Below are positions 53,101-64,000 of a DNA stretch of 64,000 nt, one piece after another. The translations under genes were made by a program, and so were the position numbers. Position 1 is the stretch's first letter. Each line of letters starts with the position of its first letter. The DNA comes from Octopus vulgaris (Eukaryota). Location: contig OX597826.1 in the NCBI GenBank assembly GCA_951406725.2, forward strand, positions 22,320,001 to 22,384,000. The letters are read 5' to 3'. The notes under the pieces are model-generated. The model was not told the origin of the DNA, searched no databases, and saw only the letters and a program-made list of their open reading frames with translations.

Positions 53101-53935
53101 GTATATTGTTGTTTTTGTCAAAAAGTAAGGCAAAGTAAAAATAAAGCCAATCTTTAACAGGGAATGAAAGTTTTTGGTTGTAAAACTGAAACAAGTTGGT
53201 AGCCTTGTCAAGGTCCAAATGCCATTTTGTTTGTTGTTGATGTGAAATCTCAGATCAACTTCCATGAAATATCGTCATTAAAGAATACATCTTTTTCTTA
53301 ATGGTAAATAGTTTTATCAGCTGGATAACATGTTGCAGCAATTTTTGATAAACGAAGTTTTGATAATTGCAGAGTGGACAACTCTCTATCTTTCTTGACC
53401 AGAATTATCAAAATAACAACTTTGTGTCATTCCTAAAGATATAATTACAATTAATTAAAACTTCCTAGTCCACTACATCATATGTGGTAGCAGCTATTCG
53501 ATAGATTGGTTTAATGTCTTTCATTGACTGAGGAACAACAACCTTCTTTACATTTTGGTGACCCCAACGTGATTACAGATATGTATTTCATCTAACAGCT
53601 TATAAATGTCATTTATTCATGTCGTTTCTGAATAGAAACTGCTAGCTACAGGTAGTATATCTGCTTGTTTGCAATATCACCGCATAAATAGAATAAATTC
53701 ATTATAGAGATGCTTCTATTGTATAATTCAAATGGATTCTGCTTATGGTGCTATTGCAAATCAACCATCTGTATACCTTTGAAGCAAGTGATTTCAAATT
53801 TGCTTCAGAAGTGACAACATTGATAAATTGTAACTACAGTAAAATACAGTATCTGGGACCATTTCACTACATCTTGAAATGGATTTTACCTATTTTGTCT
53901 GTCTATCTATATACATACATAATTATATATACATA

Positions 53936-54897
53936 CGGTATCTCACAGAAGTATGTACACTCCTAAAAAATTTCAGTAAAATTGCCATTACACTGATAAT
54001 ATTGAAGGAAATCAAACGAAATTTATACAGAATAAAATATATTACACATGCAAACATTATACAAATTTGGAACACAAAACAATAAACATTTTCAAAGATA
54101 TGTATGAAATCTTAATGTTCAATCGATACAAAAATATGTACACCCTAAAAGATTATTTGCTATATTTGGTGTGTCCGCCATTGTTTTTAATGACAGCATT
54201 AAGTCTTCTGGGCATAGAGTCAACTAAATTGCCATATATTACTGATGAAATCAGCCTCTGTTCATCCTGAATGATGTCTTTCATCTGTGGTACGGGGCTT
54301 TTTCTCCTCAACCTTCCTTTTCAAAACACCCCACAGATGTTCTCTTGGGTTTAAATCAGGTGACATGGTAGGCCAAGGCAATACCTTTACCTTTTTATCT
54401 GGTAAAAACTTAGTTGTCATCTTTGAAGTGCGTTTAGGGTCATTATCATGTTGGAACATCAAATGTCTTCCGGGTTCCTTGATGCTTTTCAACATTGTAT
54501 TCTGCAATATGTCACAATAAAGCCTTGAATCCATTGCTCTCTCTCAATAAATGTGAGTCCAGATGCAATAACAATGACCGGTGCAAAAATTCCAGGAGAA
54601 ATAATTTATTAGAATTGAAATTATCAGCATTATCTGAATTTAGCCAAAAAAAGTGGATAAAATATAGAATATGGCAAATTTCCTTTAGAGTGTACATACT
54701 TTTGTATTGTTTGAAAAGCAATATTTCATTCATATATTTGAAAATGTCTATTGTTTTGTGTTCCAAATTTGTATAATGTTTGCATGCTTAACATATTTCA
54801 TTCAGTATAAATTTTGTTTGATTTCCTTCAATATTATCAGTGTAATGGCAATTTTACTGAAAATTTTTAGGGGTGTACATACTTCTGTGAGATACTG
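53936..54897 (-). mobile_element. Internally deleted Tc1-like transposon with ~215-bp IR/DR TIRs and TA TSD
   Basis: Ends are TA|CGGTATCTCACAGAAGTATGTACAC and GTGTACATACTTCTGTGAGATACTG|TA. The internal fragment (54262-54534) reads FQHDNDPK...WPTMSPDLNPREHLW. Confidence 0.92.
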
Positions 54898-54903
54898 TAT
54901 ATA

Positions 54904-54950
<47 letters not shown>

Positions 54951-55269
54951 AATAAGGAGAAAATGGAGAGGTATTTAATAAAATATTATTTATTAATTAT
55001 AAAATATGACATCTCTCACAGCTGATTCGATTCAGTAATCTTTATAAATTAAAAGCATTATAAGATGAATCTCTTCAGAGGTAGTAAAGATATACCGATT
55101 AGAAATATATGCTGAGATAACGGCTTTAAACCGTTAACTGATAGCATATATACAAAAAGAGCCAGTTATAGAAGTCCTCAATCCAACACAGGGGGAGAAG
55201 ATAGTGTATATTTTGTGTCTTAAAGAAAGAAAAGAAGATATTAATATATCATAGGATATTGAGAAAGAG

Positions 55270-55935
55270 AAAAAGAAAAAGTCACAAGAGGTGAGATCTG
55301 GGGAATATGGTGACTGTCGGACCTGGAGAATGCTGTGCCTAGCCAAAAACTCCGGCACAAGCTATACTGAATGGGCATTGTCACCTGAAAGCAGATTTGG
55401 CACAAACTTGACAGACATGTGTTTCATAGCCAAATCTGCAGTGATAATGGACTGAACTGAACTGCAACTAACATGCACATCCTCTGATAACACATGGATG
55501 GTGATTTGATAATTTCATCTCACATTTGCATGCATATCTGCGATGTTTTTCTCAGTTCTACTGGTTGCAGGTCTCTCAGAACATTTGTCACTATCGACAT
55601 TTTTTTGGCTCATACACTCCTCTCTATACACTTGCTGTGACTTTGTGTAGGCCTCTGAACAGGTATCACCAAGCCTTTGGCAAAATTTGATGCAGATTCA
55701 TGGTCAATGTGACGATCACACGTTACACACGTTCCTTCCAAGCACTGCTATAAACAGCGTAAGTGAGCAAGAACATTAAAACTTAGTTCATATGAACAAC
55801 AGAGTTCAAGGTCAATCTGTGCCAAGTGGTTTCACTCTGTGTGTTTTAGCTTCGTTACTATGGCAACAGCCTTATTAGTCATGTATAAAATATGATGGCT
55901 TATACGTGGCTTGATCAATAAATATCCGGACTGTT
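55270..55935 (-). pseudogene. Mariner transposase relic (second family)
   Basis: EFLARHSILQVRQSPYSPDLTSCDFF, with a TIR-like tacgtggcttgatcaataaatatccggac at ~55903-55931. Confidence 0.65.
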
Positions 55936-57431
55936 AAAAAATGCATTTTTTAAAAGACAGTAAAAAATCTGAAAATTGGCTATAATAATGTAGTTTTCCA
56001 GTCTAATTGCTATGAAAGGCATGAAGTTGAGGAGAAAACAATTGGAGGAAAAAGTTACAGAGGTTTAAAAATCAAAAAAGCTGTGTATTTTTAGCCAATA
56101 GTGAAACAGAAATTTCCTGCGTTTAGTGGAATGGTGTCAACTTTAAGGTTGTGCCCTGTGAAATTTATAGTTTAGCGTCTGTGAAATGACCTGTTCATTG
56201 TAGGTTTCTTAATAAACAGAAATACCTAATAAAATCCACATGTATCATCTTACTGTTTCTTTTCTCTATTCATTGATTGTATGCTTTTATTATTTTAAAA
56301 AATTTGTTGTATTAATATTTTACTTTATGTGTATTTCAGTATTATGTATACCTGTCATGTATTTGTGTGCACCATTAATATATAAGTGCGTGTGTGTGTG
56401 TGTGTGTGTGAAAAAGGGGTGTATGTCTCGAAAACTTCAAAATTGAGTAACGTTTTCATGCTTGGATTTGAATACGAATAACACTGGTCAACAAAGAATT
56501 TGTCCCAAGAAAAAGAATACCTTTATAGTTTTAAGCTATATGCAAACAAACTAGTGGAGACGAGAATACATTTATCAAAGGTTTATTACTTTACATATAT
56601 CAGGGCTTAAGACACCAGTTATTTCTGTTTATTTCATTCAGACTAGTTTCACACTCACTGTTGACATTCTTTTTGTTTTTCTTCTCATTTCGGAAGTCCC
56701 TTTTTTGCTGCTGACCAACTTCCTAGCTAGCCCGCAGCAAAGTTTCTGTCTACAGTTCATCTGTCACGAATTTTGCCCTACACCTGTATCTTATATGTTT
56801 TTGCATGTAGGATTCAAAAATAATGTCAAATTATCTGTATCACCAACAGTTTCTCTGTTCCATGATATCCCTCACAGTTCCTGTTACGTGGGCTAAATTT
56901 CAGTTAAGCTATTGAAACGTGAAGCTAATGGTTTAAGAAATACTCCTAATTTAAATGTTTATGAATAGAATTAACCAGTTATCTGAGTCAATGAGTCCCT
57001 GAAACTTGACAATACTGAGTCGATGAGTCACTGATGCTTTGTCAGTACTGTGCTTGAAGTGTAGGTGTGTGGTTGTGCATATTCCATTCAACTCTATAAT
57101 GCCAAGAAACTGCATAAACATCGCAAACAACTTTTGCTATATATGAAAAATATGTAATTGATGAAAAATATCTATAATAAAATAATAACTGATAAATATA
57201 AATTTTTATTAAGACAAAACACGCGGGTGAAGTAAATCTCGTGGTGTGAAGAATCAACACAACATGCGAGTGAAACAACTTGCGGTTGTCATGGTAACAA
57301 GCTGTTAATAGCCTCACTGTTTGTTGATTGGCTAAAATTACCCAAATTTCCCAACTTTAATTCCAAATAACATCGGATTCTTTAATTTACGAGATAAAAC
57401 AATTGGTTGATCGTAATCAAAATTTAGAGTT

Positions 57432-57531
57432 NNNNNNNNNNNNNNNNNNNNNNNNNNNNNNNNNNNNNNNNNNNNNNNNNNNNNNNNNNNNNNNNNNNNN
57501 NNNNNNNNNNNNNNNNNNNNNNNNNNNNNNN
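57432..57531. other. Assembly gap (100 N)
   Basis: Run of N. Confidence 1.
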
Positions 57532-60500
57532 TTGATTGATTGATTCCAGTTTCAGCTTATGAGCTGTGGCCATGCTGGGGCACCGCCATTTGGTGTTGCT
57601 ACTTGGTTTCCTTCATGGAGGCTTTCTAGCAACTGCTATTTGGTGCATGAGAGAGTTCGATGCAGCTGCCCTCATCTGCCCCTCCTGCCGTGAAGTTGGT
57701 TCATCTGGGACACCTGACAGGAAGAGATCCAGCTCCATTTTAAAGACATCTGTATCCACCCCATGCAGGTCTCTCAGGTTCATCGGGAGGATATTGAAGA
57801 GCTGTGGGCCTCGGAAGCCCAGGCTATCACAGAATCTTGTCCTACATCTTGATGGCAAGTTTGGAGTCCTAGGCACCACGCAGTGGCGCCCAGTTCTGGC
57901 GTTTGCGTAACTCTCGATGCCAAAGTTCAGGACACTTCCCTCCAGGTCTTCCAGATGTATATTATTGCATATCTTTCCCGCCTACGCTCCAGGGAATATA
58001 ATTTTAATCTCTTGAGTCTTTCCCAGTAGCTTACATTCTGCATAGAGGCTATCTTCTTCGTGTAGCTTCGTTGGATCGCCTCAAGTTCTGTGATCAACTT
58101 GACACTGGATGGTGACCATAGCTGAGAGCAATAGTCAAAGTGACTTAGGACAAGTGTCTTCCAGAGGACCATCATGGTTTCTTGTTCCCTTGTTCTAAGA
58201 ATCCATCCAGCCAGCCGTCTGCATTTCATTGTCAGTTTAGCAACATGTACATGAAAGGTCGCGTTATCACTCATGTGAATGCCCAGGTCACACACTGATT
58301 GTGCCCCTGGGATTGCAATCCCTCGGGTCCAGTGTATTCCTTGGGTATTGCATTCAGTTTTGCATGCTGATAGTATAAAGCTTGAAACTTTTCAGCATTG
58401 AACTGCATGCTATTCTTTTCAGCCCACTTGTATATTTCGTCCAGCTCATATTGCAGGTGCCTAGTGTCTTCAGGGTTCTGTATTGCCTGTGAAACTTTTG
58501 TATCATCTGCATAACTTGTGATCGTGGCTCTCCGCGTGGCTGAGGGCATGTCTGAGAGGGCCATTATGAACAGTAGTGGTCCCAAAACAGTGCCCTGTGG
58601 AACACCGCTACTATTTTAATCTCTTGAGTCTTTCCCAGTTGCTTACATTCTGCATAGAGGCTATCTTCTTCGTGTAGCTTCGTTGATCGCCTCAAGTTCT
58701 GTGATCAACTTGACACTGGATGGTGACCATAGCTAAGAGCAATAGTCAAAGTGACTTAGGACAAGTGTCTTCCAGAGGACCATCATCGTTTCTTGTTCTC
58801 TTGTTCTAAAGGTTCTAAGAATCCATCCAGCCAGCCGTCTGCATTTCATTGTCAGTTTAGCAACATGTACATGAAAGGTCGCGTCATCACTCATGTGAAT
58901 ACCCAGGTCACGCACTGATTGTGCCTCTGGGATTGCAATCCCTCCGGGTCCAGTGTATTCCTTGGGTATTGCATTCAGTTTTGCATGCTGATAGTATAAA
59001 GCTTGAAACTTTTCAGCATTGAACTGCATGCTATTCTTTTCAGCCCACTTGTATATTTCGTCCAGCTCATATTGCAGGTGCCTAGTGTCTTCAGGGTTCT
59101 GTATTGCCTGTGAAACTTTTGTATCATCTGCATAACTTGTGATCGTGGCTCTCCGCGTGGTTGAGGGCATGTCTGAGAGGGCCATTATGAACAGTAGTGG
59201 TCCCAAAACAGTGCCCTGTGGAACACCGCTCACTATTTGCGTGCTAATGGAAGTGGCCCCATTGGCTACTACCACCTGACTTCTATTCTTCAGAAAGTCG
59301 TGAAGCCATTCTCCTAGTTTTCCAACTATGCCAAGATCACGCAGTTTGTGACATATCATTCCATGATCGACTTTATCGAAGGCCTTTGCGAAGTCGAGAT
59401 ATATGACTTCCACATTTGAGTGGTTGAGCAGCCGTTTCAGCACCCAGTCATAGTGCTGCAGGAGCTGAGTTAAGCAGCTTCTTCCTGGTCGGAAACCATG
59501 TTGGGTGTCAGGCAGCAAGTCATTTTCTTCAAGGAAGGTGATTAGTTTCCTCCTGACTATTCGTTCAATGACCTTGCTGATGTGTGAGGTCAGAGAGATA
59601 GGTCTGTAGTTCTTGGCCTCCGCTCTGCTACCTCCTTTATGAATAGGGCATATTTTACCTTCCTTCAGTTTTCTTGGAAGTTTGCCAGCTGCAAGGAAGC
59701 TCTGAAAGAGGAACTGCAGTGGTCTTGCTAAGACTCTCTTACATACTTTTAGGAGGATTGCCGGGAATCCATCGGGGCCAATAGCTGAGTCTATTTTCAT
59801 TTCATCTATAGCCTTTATTACATTGTCTTCCTTTACATCGATGTAATTTATCGTCGCCGCCTCTGATTCTATATCTGCAGTGGTAAAGAAGTCAGTTGGA
59901 TTGCTGATTTGGAAATGCCCAAGGGGTGGAGTGAAAACACTCTTGAATTGTTCATTCAGTATTTCACTTACCCTCATTGGTTTTCCTGTGAGTGTGCCAT
60001 CCTTTTCAAGGAGTGGCCCTATCCTACAGTGCACCGTAGCTGTTTCTTTGGCATACCTGTAGAAAGCTCTGGGGTTAATTTTTATGTTGTCTGTAGCCCA
60101 GGCTTCTTTGTCTGCTCTTTCCTTCTCATGGGAGAGTTGCAGACAATTTTCAATTTCCAACAGTTTTATTTTCAGGCGGGACTTTTCACTGCTTTCAATT
60201 TGTTTGTTTAGGCGATTTGAGATTTTTGTACGCCGTCTCATTAAAATTTTTCTCTCTCTGGGGATTTTGTTCTTGTGTACAGTGGCCTTTCTCTCTGGGA
60301 CACATTTGTAGCATATGGCTTGCATTACAGACATGAATTGTTGAAATATCATGTCGATGTCCGGCGAGGAGAGACATTCAGGCCAGTTTTGTTTGAGGAT
60401 CTCTTTTCAATTTGTTTCCAGTTTGCCTTATTGAAGTTCAAGCTGGAAAGATTCTGAGGGTTTCTTGTAGGCTGCATGTCCGTGCTCTCTTTTGGCCCGT

Positions 60501-61030
60501 ATATGGTCAGCTCTACCATGTTGTGATCCGAGAGTAGTGTCGGTGTCACTTTCACATTATGGATGAGATCCATATTATTTGTGAAGCAGAGATCCAGTGT
60601 GTTACCCGCTCTGGTTGGTTGGAGTATTACTTGTTCCATGTACAGGGTGTTGGTGAGGTTCAGGAGGGACCTCGCCTGTCCTCGTTCACATCTTGTCATT
60701 CCTGGGAGAGAAAGGCCCTCGGGCCATCTGACATTCGGTAGATTGAAGTCTCCCATGAGAAGTACACTTATGTGTTGTTCTAATGTGGTTAGAACTTCTT
60801 CTATTTTTAAAAAGGCAGTCCTCAAACTTGCCCATATGACTTGGGGCATCTGGAGAGCGATATGTAGCACACACAACTACATCAAGTTGCCTTATGTGTA
60901 CAATTAGTGTGTCACACACCGAGTTTGAGTATGACAAAAGGACCTGGGGTGTGAGGTCCCCACGGATGTACATAGCAACTCCTCCATGACTTCTTTCTTT
61001 CCTGTCGGTCCGTAGTACAACATACTGTGG
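57532..61030 (-). mobile_element. CR1/L2-superfamily LINE ORF2 (APE plus RT), 5'-truncated at the TA satellite, with a (TCAA)n tail
   Basis: [83 protein letters not shown] and YADDTK. It has few frameshifts and an internal tandem duplication. Confidence 0.95.

Positions 61031-64000
<2,970 letters not shown>

Noticed and set aside
56638-56670. GAAACUAGUC hammerhead half-motif (minus strand)
   Set aside because: No CUGANGA box or stem I can be found.

Overview
AT-rich eukaryotic DNA, most likely an octopus (coleoid cephalopod) genome; this is inferred from the tRNA-derived SINE families, RTE/CR1 LINEs and long (TA)n/(CA)n tracts. The window is mostly intron-like and repeat-dense. I can support one host gene on the minus strand: three phase-1/phase-1 GT-AG exons (20428-20568, 6204-6392, 2320-2523) splice in frame into an EGF-like module followed by a divergent F-type-lectin/galactose-binding-like domain. 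I found neither its first nor its last exons. The rest is transposon debris: RTE and CR1/L2 LINEs, SINEs, two Gypsy integrase relics, Helitron and Helentron-like non-autonomous elements, mariner, Tc1 (IR/DR TIRs), piggyBac, hAT and Penelope-like pieces. There is also a 100-N gap and about 3 kb of TA satellite. The most unusual locus is 36.7-39.1 kb. A Penelope-like tandem repeat there carries a near-canonical minimal hammerhead ribozyme, and a TSD-bounded 1.66-kb retroposon encoding only an ORF1/gag-knuckle protein (no ORF2) is inserted about 21 nt from that ribozyme. Other highlights are a ~370-bp fold-back palindrome at 23.2-23.5 kb, further hammerhead variants in (TA)n-inserted elements, and a LINE-SINE shared 3' tail. 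All family calls come from motif recognition by eye; no searches were run.
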